Origin: the human T2T-CHM13v2.0 reference genome, Homo sapiens
NCBI RefSeq assembly: GCF_009914755.1
Contig: NC_060943.1
Direction: 5' to 3' (one strand)
Length of the DNA: 64,000 nt
Position numbers and translations under genes: made by a program. Positions 1 through 20,594 of the stretch are shown here, piece after piece. How positions within the stretch are numbered: the first letter of the stretch is position 1; every line of letters starts with the position of its first letter. The notes beneath the pieces were generated by a model. The model saw only the letters and a program-made list of their open reading frames with translations, made no database searches and was not told where the DNA came from.

Positions 1-2947
<2,947 letters not shown>

Positions 2948-3934
2948 TAAATGAGAATAGAAACCATCTAAAAGATACTGTGACTGAATCATGTCATTTT
3001 TTGTAACATTGTTGCATTGTTCAAGTCAGGAAACCTAAAATCTGGATACATATTTAAATGAGAACAGGCCAGGCCCCAGGGTATTCCTAGTAAATCATTT
3101 TATGTTTTATAATTGTTTTAATTGACTATTGAGTTCAATTTACTGATACTTTTTTGCGAATGTTTGCATATATCTTAAGTAAAATTGGCCCACATTTTGC
3201 TTTTTAGGAGGTATTTATCCTCATCTAATTTTATATTGGGATATTTGCCTTATATAACGATCTAGTAAAATTTTGTTATGGGTTATATATTCTTTAAAGC
3301 TTTTTACTGCCTGTAAATCTATAGATTCTAGTTTTTAAAAAACAAGATCATAACTGTACATATTTTCCCCTTTATGGATTAGTTCAGGGTTTTTTTTTGG
3401 TATCTGGGGTCAACTTTGATCATTTAGGTTTCTCTAGATTGAAACATATTGAAATATATGTATATAGTAATACTGAAACATTGAAATATATGTATATAGT
3501 AATATGTAACTTAAATTTTTAAAAAAACCTCATTATGTAGCTATTTCACTTTTTCCATACATAAAGCTGTGAGTCATGTTTTTCCCTCAATAACTGCCAA
3601 TTCTATATTAATGTTCTTTTCAAAGAGAATATCCTTAGTCTGTTATTTTATTAACTATTCCATTAATTTATTTGATCATATAAACTACTTGCTGTTATTC
3701 ACCTTAGTTTTTAAAAATTTCTAGCTTAAGTTAATCCTTATTTTTTCCCATAAATTGCCTGTTATGTGACAGGCACTGTAGGTGTGTGAACAGAATGGTG
3801 AACAACACAAATACTTATTTCTCAATCCAGATGTTCTAAATGCATTGCTTTAAATTTTCTACCAAGTAGAGCTTTGGTTGGTGATTTCCCCCAAGTTATC
3901 TGTAGGCAACATGTGATCATTCATCACTAAATAG

Positions 3935-4274
<340 letters not shown>

Positions 4275-4625
4275 TAAAAAACTTTATTATGGAAAATTTA
4301 AAATATATGTAAAGATAGTAAGAACGGCACAATGAACCCTGTGTACCTAATGATCCAGATTAAACATTTACCAACATTTTGCTAATCTTGTTTCATCTAT
4401 CCCTCCCACCTTTTGTTTTTAAGTATTTAAAAGTAAATCACAGGCATAACATTTCAGCCTTAAATACCTCAGTATGAATCTCTAACACTTAAGGACTCAC
4501 ACACATATACCCATAATGCCATAGTCATGCCTAACATATGAACAATAAATTATTTCGTATCATTTAGTAACCAATCCATGTTTACATTTGTACAATATGT
4601 AGAGACATTTTATTCCTTCAAATCT

Positions 4626-5168
4626 TGTATTGACTATGTTTTCTTTATTTTCTGTATTCCTGATGCTCTGGCCACTTGGGGCCTTGATCCTGGATAGGCT
4701 GCCCCTCCCAGGGCAAGCTAATGCATAGATGATAAACTCCACTGCAAGCATGCCTTTCATATACAAACCAACCAATCCAGAGCCCATACTCCCAACTATC
4801 TCCTTTACCAAACTCTCATACACCAATTCAATATTCCCCTGCCCTAACTAGACAATTACGAATCCCCCCTAGATCCCAGAGACCAACAAAATTACTCAAA
4901 CTATTCAATCCTAAGCTTACCAGTGTGCCTACCCCTGCCTTGTCCATTCCTTCCCATGAAAACCCCCAATAAAAGCTCTGGGCCATGCTGTGCTCTCACC
5001 CTCTGCCTCCTGATACACCCAGGTGCTTCTTTACGTGACCCTGCATGCCATGCCATGCCTCCCGTTTGTGGGATCTGCGTATAAACTTCTTCCTTCATGA
5101 CAATAATTTCCATGTCTGCCTGTCTCACCATGATTGATTAAAACAAATCCCAAGCGCATTTTAACACA
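4626..5168 (+). mobile_element. MER74-like solo LTR (ERVL) inserted in an old L1 3' fragment
   Basis: TG...CA ends, tgtattgactatgttttctttattttctgtattcc start, caaaccaaccaatccagagccc motif, and an internal AATAAA. Confidence 0.7.
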
Positions 5169-5522
5169 AGGATCCTAAAATGCTCCATACACTGTATTTG
5201 AAGGATACGTTTCTTAGTCTCCTTTAAAGTGTAGGATTCCATTTTTGCCTTTTTTTTTTTTTTTTTTTTTGACATGTATTGGTTAAAAAACTAGGCCATT
5301 ACTTCTGCAGAATTTCCCAAATTGTGCATTTGGTTGTTTGCTTCTTTGTGTTGTTAATTTGTTCTTTTATTCCCCATGTTTCCTGTAAACTGGTAATTAG
5401 GTTTGGAGACTAACTTGTACTTCTCAGTTTTGGGGGAGCCAAGAAAACTTCACAGGTGTCCACTGTGTGTATCCATTTCATCACATCAAGTTCATCTGGC
5501 TGATCTCATTTAGAGATGTTAA

Positions 5523-5864
<342 letters not shown>

Positions 5865-6554
5865 TAGTAGAGATGGGGTTTCACCGTGTTAGCCAGGATG
5901 GTCTTGATCTCCTGACCTCACGATCCACCTGCCTCGGCCTCCCAAAGTGCTGGGATTACAGGCTTGAGCCACCGCGCCTGGCCTCCTTTGACCTTTTAAC
6001 CAGTTGGAATTCTCTAATCAACAACTTTCCTTCACCAACTTTTGGTTGTCTTGAAATATAGTTTGTAAAGGATAGGCAAGGTAAATATTCCATTCTTTTC
6101 CTTTATTTGTTAATAATGCTCTAGTATGCTCCATAACTAATCAATGCATTTGGTTCAGGAAAAAAAAAAGCTCAAAGGTTGGAGTGGTCATGATAAAAGG
6201 ACACAGGAGCCAATTTGAGGGGATTGCCTCAAAATGCTAAATTGACAATTTAGCATTTTTAAAAAACAATGAAGTAGTTTAAAAAATTAATGGGGCTTCA
6301 TAATACAGGTGACTTTTAATTTCCAAAGTTTCATGTTATCCTTTGTCAATTTTTAATATTGACTGGGGCCAGAGAATACTGATTGTAGTTTTTTTTTTTT
6401 TTTGAGACAGGGTCTTGCAGTCACTCAAGCTGGAGTGCAGTGGTACAATCACAGCTCACTGAAGCCTCAACTCTTGGGTTCAAATGATCCTCCCACCTCA
6501 GCCTCGAGTAGCTAGGACTACAGGCATGCACCATTATGCCCAGCTAATTTTTAA

Positions 6555-6698
<144 letters not shown>

Positions 6699-6869
6699 TA
6701 ATGAACAAACTGGAAAGGAATTCCTTACTTTCAATATTTTAACGAGAATAAGATATCTCAAGTTCAATGAAGATTAAATGTTGGTGGAAGGCATTTCTAT
6801 ACTCATTATGCCCACAGCCTTTAGTATGAATTATGTAAAAAGAAATATTTAGTATGATAATAAAAGAAA

Positions 6870-7345
6870 GTTTAGTGGCTTAAAACAACAACCATTTTAT
6901 TATATCTCATGTTTTTGTGGGTCAGAAATTTGGGCAGGGGCTCAGCTGGTCAATTCTTCCATTCTACATGGCATCAGTTCAGGTTACCAAGTCGCTCACT
7001 GGCATTTAGCTGGTGGCTGGTCTGGTGGATCCAAAATTTCACTCAAATGTCTGGTATCTTGGTGGATGTCAAGAAGACAGGGTTCAGCAGGTGCCTCTCC
7101 CTCTCTACGTAGTTTCAGGGCCTCTTCATGTGGTCTCTTCAGCAAAGTAGCCAGACTTTGTAACAAGACAGTTCTGTCATTTCATGAGATGAAGTAACCC
7201 TACCAGTAAAGTCTGAGTCAAGAAACCAGCACAGCAGTACGTCTACCATATTCTACTGGGCGAAGCAGTCACAGAGGGATGTAGATTCCTGTATACAACA
7301 GAGGGATGTAGATTCCACCTCTTGATTGAAAGTGTGTCAAACTGC
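6870..7345 (-). mobile_element. MLT1 (F/G/H-like) MaLR LTR in the ZFP82 3' UTR region
   Basis: gtggcttaaaacaacaaccattttattat...tgtgggtcagaaatttgggcaggggctcagctgg is typical of a reverse-oriented MLT1 3' end. Confidence 0.7.
6896..6901 (-). terminator. Candidate ZFP82 poly(A) signal AATAAA inside an MLT1 LTR
   Basis: Plus-strand tttatt. On the minus strand it is followed by GU/U-rich tggttgttgttttaag. It lies about 755 nt past the stop codon. Confidence 0.55.
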
Positions 7346-7655
7346 TGCACTCTTATATGACCATGTCATAAATTAAAAAATTATAGCACAGAGCAGTTAA
7401 GCGTCTTGTCCAGTATGACACAAAGTGATGGGATAGGGATGACGGTAAATGTCTTTCTCATTCTTATAACAGGATTAGTTTTTAGAACAAATATGCTGAA
7501 GTTTCAGGTTTGAGTGATGATGGACTACAATACATTGTCACACTCTTTTAATGGTATAAAACCTCTAATGCCAACGCAGTTGCATGTATGGAGCAAAATA
7601 GATTAATTACTACATTCATAGAATGTTCTATAACACAGAAGTTGAAAAGACTTTC

Positions 7656-9025
7656 TTAGATTTTTACATTATGAATTTTCAGATGATGAGTAAGGTGTGA
7701 ATGTTGCCTAAAGGCCTTCTTACATTCCTTACATTCATAGGGTTTCTCACCAGAATGAATTCTCAGATGTTGAATAAGGGATGAATTAAGTCTAAAGGCC
7801 TTCCTACATTCCTTACACTCAAAGGGTTTTTCGCCAGTATGAATGCTCTGATGTAGAGTAAGTTTTTGGCGCAATCTAAAGGCCTTGCCACATTCCTTAC
7901 ATTTATAAGGTTTCTCACCAATATGAATACTCTGATGCTGTGTGAGTTGTGAAAGTAGTCTGAAGGCCTTCCCGCATTCCTTACAGTCATAGGGCTTAAC
8001 ACCAATATGAATACTCTGATGTGAAATAAGTTGTGAGTAGCGACTAAAGGCTTTCCAGCATTCCTTACATTCGTAAGGTTTTTCACCAGTATGAATTCTG
8101 TGATGGAGAATAAGATGATAACCACGGCTAAAGGTCTTTCCACATTCCTTACATTCATAGGGTTTCTCACCAGTATGAATTCTCTGATGGAGTGTTAGTT
8201 GTTGTCGCACTCTAAAGGCCTTCCCGCATTCCTTACATTCATAGGGTTTCTCACCAGTATGAAGTTTGTGATGTACTCTAAGACCAGAGCCACACAAAAA
8301 GGCCTTCCCACATTCTTTGCATTCATAGAGCCTGTCAGCACTATTAAGCTTCTGATGCCGAGTCAGGTGTGCGTACTGTCTAAAGGCTTTTCCACACTCT
8401 TTACACACATAGGGTTTCTCACCAGTATGAATCCTCTGATGCAGAGTAAGTTGTCCTCGTACCCTAAAAGCCTTCCCACATTCTTTACATTCATAGGGCT
8501 TCTCACCAATATGCATTTTCTGATGTACTCTAAGATCTGCACCACATATGAAAGCTTCCCCACATTCCTTACATTCATAGAGTTTTTCACCAGAATGAAG
8601 TCTCTGATGTCGAGTAAGGTGTGCAGTCTGTCTGAAGGCCATCCCACATTCCTTACATTCATACGGTTTTTCACCAGTATGAATTCTGTGATGAAAAGTA
8701 AGCTGTTGGCGCACTCTGAACGCCTTCCCACATTCCTTACATTCATAGGGTTTATCAACAAAATGAAGTCTCTGATGTGGAGTAACAGATGTGCGTTTCT
8801 GGTAAGAGGACACCTTTTCAGATGGCATTTTCACACTACTGAAGTATCCTTCTTGAGGTCTCTCCTGTCCTTCAATTTTTCCTGTGGATTCCCAATCATT
8901 TTTTAAAATGAGACCCTTAAGGCCATGGTTTTCAATTCTTTCCATTATCTTCCACTGGGATAAATTTATTTCATAAATGTCATTTTCTAAAGATAACTTC
9001 TTGGTCTCATACTTGGTCTCCAAAT
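7656..9025 (-). CDS. ZFP82: ZFP82 terminal coding exon: spacer plus 13 C2H2 zinc fingers (finger 5 degenerate)
   Basis: Part of ORF 7656..9110. Acceptor ttttattttag|ATTTGGAG places the exon start at 9025 (phase 1, G|AT = Asp77). It has 13 CxxC..HxxxH units with TGEKPY-type linkers and stop TAA at 7656-7658. Coding exons of 9+127+93+1370 = 1599 nt give 532 aa, matching the ZFP82 protein as I recall it. Confidence 0.97.
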
Positions 9026-9242
9026 CTAAAATAAAACAAGAAAGCAAACACATGCTGTTTTCTTTTACTAAAAGAAGCATCATTTCTAATGTAGAAATAA
9101 AAGACAACAAAAGTAATCCTTAACCAAAACTCTAAAATATTGTTATACAATTTGGAAAGAAAAAAAAAGCCAAAGGGAACATCAGGAAAAATGAGAGTTC
9201 ATACAAAATAGCAAGATTGGTGATGAAGTAAACATTTTAAGT

Positions 9243-9410
9243 CAGTGGTTCTCATATTGAGGTGTGGATCAGAATCACCACATAGCTTGTTACTAACACT
9301 GAGGTTTAGACACCACCCAAACCACCTGGATCAGACTCTGCAGTCCTGGAAGGATATTTAATATTCTCTACATGATAATTCTGATGAAGATGAGAGGTCG
9401 AGAATCTATA
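9243..9410. mobile_element. MER5-like hAT-Charlie fossil
   Basis: cagtggttctca...atcagaatcacc...gataattctgatg...gagaatc terminal and internal motifs. Confidence 0.55.
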
Positions 9411-10559
9411 CTTAAATTTTTTTCATCTTTCTTCATTCTCAGAATCCAGTCAAGCTCACTGTGGTTAAGAAGGCCTCTGCTTACCTACATCATATGATCT
9501 CAAACCAGTGTCCCCTTTACTGCTCCCTGGAGAGGCCTCCTTGCAGACCTCACATGTCCTAACTTACTTCCATCTCTTAGGACTCTTCACAGTCTGTTCT
9601 ATCTCCCACAAATCTCCTGATTGGGCTCTTTGCATGGCTGGCTCCTTTCATCTTGAGATCTTAGATTAAAAGTCATTTCCTTTAAGGTTGACCCTATTGA
9701 TAGTACCTAAATCCATGTTGCTATTCTCTATTCCTTGCCTTTATAATAGCTCTCAATTTAAAAATTATATATTTATTAACTTCTCCAATTGTTATACTGC
9801 CTATTCTTACCTATAAACCTCCTCAAGGACAGAAACAATCCCTAGTTAACGCTACATTAAGTAATAAATGCTAAGCATATAATAGGTTTTACTCATTTAA
9901 TTCCCATAGCTACATACTTGTTCTAAATGTATCTCTCTGCCTCTAGTCTCTCATGCCTTACTACAGTGATTAAATATTCTCTTTATTCATCCAGGGCAGC
10001 CCAGCTAAATACAAGAATGGAAATAGGTGGCTGTATATTCCTATGCATCTGCCACTGCTTATGCCTTTACCTATGCAGTGCACTGCCCATTTGCCCCTTC
10101 ACATAGCTATGGGTAACTTTTTCTTTGTCTCTACACCATAGCAAAGGTATTGAGGAGTTCTACCTACTCAATCTTCCCTTCAACTTATTCTATTACTCAT
10201 TCATTTGACAAATGTTCAACTGGTTTTGTTCTTTCCTCCCATTGCTCAGGTTTTCTCCTTTCCATTCCCTCATAGTCAAGGCCATTCCTGTTTTTTTAGG
10301 AAATGTGTATCAGTGATTTTTCGGACAGGAAAACACGTCTATATCTTACTGAAGTTCTTATGAAATTCATGGCACAAAAAGACAGGATATGCTTGTAACT
10401 CAGAAATGTGGAAAAAAGTAATGTGCATGTTCAACTGTTGCAGTCATCTGAATGTGAAGGACTTGCTAACAGAAGTCACGTTACATGTAGGCCAGAGGAT
10501 GGCAAGCCAGCAACAGGAACAGCCAGAGGAAAATCTACAAGCTGAATGAGTTGTGTATG

Positions 10560-14150
<3,591 letters not shown>

Positions 14151-14499
14151 ATTTAGCATTGGGTATACTGAAGAAATCATATACCAAATCACAAGGAAGA
14201 GATTCCTGCACAGAAGCTAAGGGTGCCCCACCAAGGGTGGTCATACTAAGAAGCTGCTGAGCAAGAAGCAGGTGTGGAGACAGTGGCAATACACAGGGTA
14301 ACTGCTGTGTTCAAAGTGGTCAGATAAACTTAACCCTCAGGTTACCTCTCCAAGGCCAGACAGCAACTACTACTGTTTACCTCCAGAGGAGGCAACAGAC
14401 AAGAGGTTAGGGTATCAGAGATGGGTCAGTGGCTGGTCATGTCCTGGGGATACAGCCACAGTCGCAGGCCCAGGTGACAAAGCACCCCACCTCACAAGA

Positions 14500-15060
14500 G
14501 GCAACTATGTTTGTTCCAAACAAATTTAGGTGTGTTTCACTTTTTTCCTGAAAGTATCTAATTTAATTTAATAAATGTTAAATAAATTCATGAGTGTAAA
14601 CTCATGAATAACAAGGAGAAAACAACTGATTCTATGAAAACAAAATTGAACATTTTGGAAAACTGGTGATAAATACAGATTGCTAAAAATCTCAGCTGTC
14701 GAAAATTAAGTGTAGGAAATACAATAGTAAAAAATGAAAGAAAACATAACAATCAAGACGTATTCTGCACTCATACTGCAAGTTTGGTTCCTATTCTACT
14801 TTAAAAATAAATAAAACTGGAAATAATAGACTTCATATTATGTGTGTGATTTAGAGGAAAAATGAAATACAATGAGACAATGGAAAGGAAGACTTGGACA
14901 CTATCAAAAATACTGGCAAACAGACATACATTTGAATGTTCTAAGTTAAAATAATACTTTTATGGTATGTACATAAAATATACGACCCATTTTTTTATGA
15001 CTAACAGACCTATTACCAGTCCTAAATCTGTTGGATCAAAGGATTTCTAGTCCATTAAAC
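14500..15060 (+). mobile_element. Tigger/pogo-like DNA transposon fossil with a transposase HTH remnant
   Basis: Translation from 14634 gives MKTKLNILEN..., KLSVGNTIVKN and KLEIIDFILCV*FRGK, resembling HTH-psq and CENP-B-type HTH domains. Confidence 0.55.
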
Positions 15061-15469
15061 ACTTCTGATGAGAATGTAGAAAAGTCCTTTTTTTGATCAG
15101 GTAAAAATATATAAATACAAAAAATCATAAATGTGATTCCTCTTTGCAGAGAACCACCTTTAATTAAACAGAAAATGTCATATAAATCACTTAGACTTAC
15201 TCTATTTGGGCACTGTATCAACCATCTTACTTTGTTGATACAAGAAGTTCTGGGATATAGAAGATTTGGTTCCAGGGAAGTCCTATTTGCATTTCAACAC
15301 AGGGATAATGTACAAAGATCTGAAAATAGTAAAACCCGACATCTAAGGAACTGTACTTCGGAGAATCAATTTTAATCACATCCTGAATAAGCCCATACTG
15401 AATGCTAATAATATTCCATTGATGCTCTCACATTCTATTGATCTTCTTTTTCACTGAGAAAACAGCAAC

Positions 15470-16860
15470 AGAAGAATATGCTATCTTCTCTCCACCATCC
15501 TGAGCAACCTACCTGCACACATAACTACACTGTTTTTCCCTTTTATTCCCCCTTACTCACTGGATCCTTTCTTACTCCAGTCTCAAGGACAATTATGCCT
15601 TTCTCTACTGCACTGATTTCCTCCACCGATAGAATCATTCCTATGAGCACACAAACATGCCCTAATGTCATAAAATACACTGCTTTTTAACCCATATCCC
15701 CAGTGTAACTGACAACCCTATTTCCCAGCTTCCCTTCATACATAATTCCTCCAGAGTTGTCTTATACTCATTCTTGTTACTGCCTCACAAACCCTTCTCT
15801 CATCAAGTCACTCCACTCGGGCTTTCATCCTGACTCCATTGAAAATCTTTCTTGACAAGCTTACCAGGATTCTCCATCTTGCTGGAACCTGGGGTCAATT
15901 CTCAGTCCTCATTCTCTACTCCGTCCATGGTGAAACATTTCCTTTATTTTTATTTTATCTCAATGGCTGCCCCTTCTTTTTTTTTTTTAATTTTTTTAGT
16001 GGCTGCTCCTTCTTTATCTCTTTTGTTGTCCCTCTTTCCCTCTTTCAAAGGTCTACAGGGTGGAGTGACCCATGAGTCAGTTCTCGGGCCTGCCTGCCTT
16101 CCCTAGTTGGTCACATCCAGATCCATGAATGTAAATTCCAATCATACAGACAGCCAAACATAAACCAGGCTGTAATCGCTCCAAGTTCCAGGTGTACGTA
16201 TTCAACTGCCTACGCAACATCTCAAACTGGACAGATAATAATCATCACAAACTTAAAATATCTTAAACTGAAACTCTTAGTGCCAACTTTCCAACTTGCT
16301 CTTCCTATTTTCCTCACTTCAGTAAATTCTGCTTCTATTCACCCAGTTGTTTAAGCCAACACTCATTTCTTCTCCTTTTATATCACTCCTTCCCACTTAG
16401 TTCACTTATAATCCTATCAGCATGTTCTTTTGACAGCGCCTTCATACACATCATGAGCCTAACAGCTTCTTACTACTTCCTAACAATGCCATTCTTATCC
16501 AAACCACCACCCTGTCTAACTCAACAACTGAAACTGCCTCAGTATCGGTGCTTCCTGCTTTTGCACTCAACCGGAGAAATAATTTTAGAATACAAGCAGC
16601 CCGTGGCTTTCAATTTCTCTTAGTGGTTACATTACCGGGTCCTTGCCTAACTCTGATCTCAGCTTCTTACTTTCCCTTTCCCTGGTCTGACCATAATGGC
16701 CGTCTTTGTTATTCCTCAGACTAGCAAGGCTAATGCCGCACTCAGACCTTTTCTATCAGCTCATAATGCTCTTTTCCCAGAAAATGACATGTCTTGAGCC
16801 CTTACTTCATGTCTCTTCTCAAATATCACCTCAAGAAAGTCATTTGTCCACTTTTCTGAA
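15470..16860 (+). mobile_element. L2 LINE fragment
   Basis: Pyrimidine-rich L2 motifs (ggtcaattctcagtcctcatt, tattcaactgcctac, aaactgaaactctt). Confidence 0.65.
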
Positions 16861-17162
16861 GGCATGTTATTTATACTTTAATCAAACTTTCTTAAAGGAA
16901 GAATAGAAAAGAAAGAAAAAAAATACATGGTCTTGTTTAAGATGTCTAACTCTGAGCCAACAGTTACTATTTTGGCTAAATGCTTCCTGACTAAATGGAT
17001 ATTATCTTATTCACTTGGAACCTCTGCAATACATTTTGAGTGTTAATAATTGCAAATGTCATTTAATTACCTGAATGTGAATTTTAAAATAGATTAGGAG
17101 GCCGGGCACAGTGGCTCACGCCTGTAATCCCAGCACTTTGGGAAGCCAAGGTGGGCGGATCA

Positions 17163-17465
<303 letters not shown>

Positions 17466-17636
17466 TCAGAAGATAGAACATTACAAACAGTGTAGGCACT
17501 GAAATGGTCCTATGGTTATAAAATAAGAACTAGTACCCTAAAATAAGTGTCCTTAGCCAGACCTGAATATACAGAGAACAAAATACAAAATTACAACATA
17601 TGTCTCTGAATAAAAACATTTTTAAAGACCTTTTGT

Positions 17637-18565
<929 letters not shown>

Positions 18566-19099
18566 CCTTTTGAAACAAGAGCTGCAAAGAGAGATGAAAA
18601 CAGCACAGACAAGGTAAACAAAAGACCATGAGATCATTCTCTCTAGAGTCTATTATATCCATGTTTCTTCTTAATGTGAAGATAGATGAATACATAGATA
18701 AAAATCAAATAAGAATGATATTCTGTGAACTAGGAGCTATCTTCTAGAATAATTCATATGAAACTTTAGTTGCTGATAAAACATATATGATTATATATCA
18801 AGCATATCATTTTTGTAGTCTTTTATTTCCCTTTAATAATTTATGAGAAAAGTTGGGGGAAAAAAGGCTTCTCTGACAACTAAAAGAGTCTTCCCAGCAC
18901 ACATCTCCATCCCCTTACTCTGCTTACTTTTCTTCATAGCACTCTCATTACCTGACATTGTATTTCCTATTTATTTATAGTTATTATGTTTCTCTTATTA
19001 CAAGGTAAATTTCGTGGGGATGGAAACTTGATTGGTTGTTTACCACTATATTGATAGTGTCTGTGACAGTGCCCAGCTCCAAGGCCACCTGTCTATTTA

Positions 19100-19806
19100 T
19101 TAAAGACCGAAGTAAAAGTCCTAAACCCCGACAGACTGAAGGACCCTCTTTTGGCTAAAGACCCCATGTTCCTAGTCATGGCACATGGCAGGACAGAAGG
19201 CTGGTCATGACCCATTTGCTTCCAATCCCTTTCACCTTTCTGATCATTAGATTTTCTCAAAAGTCAGCTAGAGAAAATAAAAGGCTGAAAGACCCTTTTG
19301 CTTACTTCATCAGAACACTCCCCCACCACTCCACACTCCTGTTTTTATGGTTCCAACATGACAGCTATTCCAGTCCACAGCTTCTTCTTGATAAACGACT
19401 TCCAGCCTTGGACTGGTTTTGACTGGTCTCCCAAGGATACACAGATCATGGACTTGTGTCCTACATTTACCCTTTTAATGCATAGGTCCTAGTTATAATG
19501 CATTTAAATGTTAAATCTCTACCCTAAAGTGGCCATAGGACTTATGTTAACCTAATATGCATGTGCACAGTCTCTTTCCTGAGTATTCATAGCTCCTCCT
19601 GTAGCCTGTTGAATATGTATACTTGGCTAACATTCAGCATACATTTCTGTCTTACCCTCTCCCTCCCTCGAAATGCCCGTCTCTGGGCAGAAGCCTAGGC
19701 TACACTTCCCAGTCTGTCAGAATAACCGCCTTGCAGGCTGCAATCCTTTATGAAAAATAAAGCTCTCCTTTCCAAATGTATGAACTTTGTCATTCTTCAG
19801 CTGACA
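19100..19806 (+). mobile_element. ERV1 MER4-group solo LTR (subfamily uncertain)
   Basis: MER4-like 5' end (aaagtcctaaaccccgacagactgaaggaccctc) and aaataaagctctcc...cagctgaca 3' end. Confidence 0.55.
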
Positions 19807-20000
19807 CTATAAATGCAAAAGAGGGGCTGGGCACAGTGGCTCACATCTGTAATCTCAGCACTTTGGGAGGCTGAGGCGGGCAGATCACCTGAGGTCAGGA
19901 ATTCAAGACCAGCCTGGCCAACATGGTGAAACCCCGTCTCTACTAAAAATACAAAAATTAGCCGGGTGTGGTGGCACACGCCCGTAAACCCAGCTACTCA

Positions 20001-20105
<105 letters not shown>

Positions 20106-20328
20106 TCAGAAAAAAAAAAAAAAAAAAAATGCAAAGGAGGAAAGCAACTGAATCAAAATATACAATGGTTGTCAACAGTGAGCCAAAGAGAGCACCACCT
20201 TACCCCTCAGCTCCATTAAGGAGGAGGAAAACTAGAGAGAACAATAATAAAAAAGAAGAGTGGTAAATGGGACAAATAAGTGCTTCTTTTAGTATCCCCC
20301 AGCTAAGACCTTAATTTGCTCCCCATGT

Positions 20329-20406
20329 CACAGACCTTTCCTCCTTGGGCCACAGACCTTTCCTCCTTGGGCCACAGACCTTTCCTCCTTGGGCCACAGA
20401 CCTTTC
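20329..20406. repeat. Perfect 22-bp minisatellite, 3.5 copies (cacagacctttcctccttgggc)
   Basis: Identical copies start at 20329, 20351 and 20373, with a 12-nt partial copy at 20395. Confidence 0.95.
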
Positions 20407-20501
20407 AAGAGGGCTTTCTAAACAACATAAGGATGTGTCTCTTCCCCAGTGATCTGGGGTTCCCTGTGTTGATGGCTTCTTCCTGCCCAACTAGCCCTCA
20501 C

Positions 20502-20594
20502 CTGGATATTGTCTTCTTCCTTTCCTCACAACTTTCCAAGGCTCTTTTCCTTGCTCCAATGAGGAAATCACATCTGGTTTAGAAATGAAGCATC
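20502..20594 (-). CDS. ZFP82: ZFP82 KRAB-B exon ([31 protein letters not shown])
   Basis: Minus strand reads cttctaagcag|GATGCTTC...TATCCAG|gtgagg. The 93-nt exon has the [18 protein letters not shown] motif, and its phases join both neighbouring exons in frame. Confidence 0.96.

Noticed and set aside
3448-3504. 32-bp-period tandem duplication (also a 19-bp direct repeat at 7271/7298)
   Set aside because: Ordinary two-copy slippage duplications with no sign of function.
8199-8906. 235-aa + strand ORF antisense to the zinc-finger exon, and the alternate-frame ORFs 7763-8170 and 8363-8761
   Set aside because: These are expected by-products of repetitive C2H2 codon patterns, with no independent promoter or splice evidence.
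9026-9110. N-terminal 28 aa of the 484-aa ORF
   Set aside because: Intronic read-through upstream of the true acceptor at 9025.
20329-20406. Short direct repeats as a CRISPR-like array
   Set aside because: The units are contiguous with no spacers, the context is eukaryotic, and there are no cas genes.
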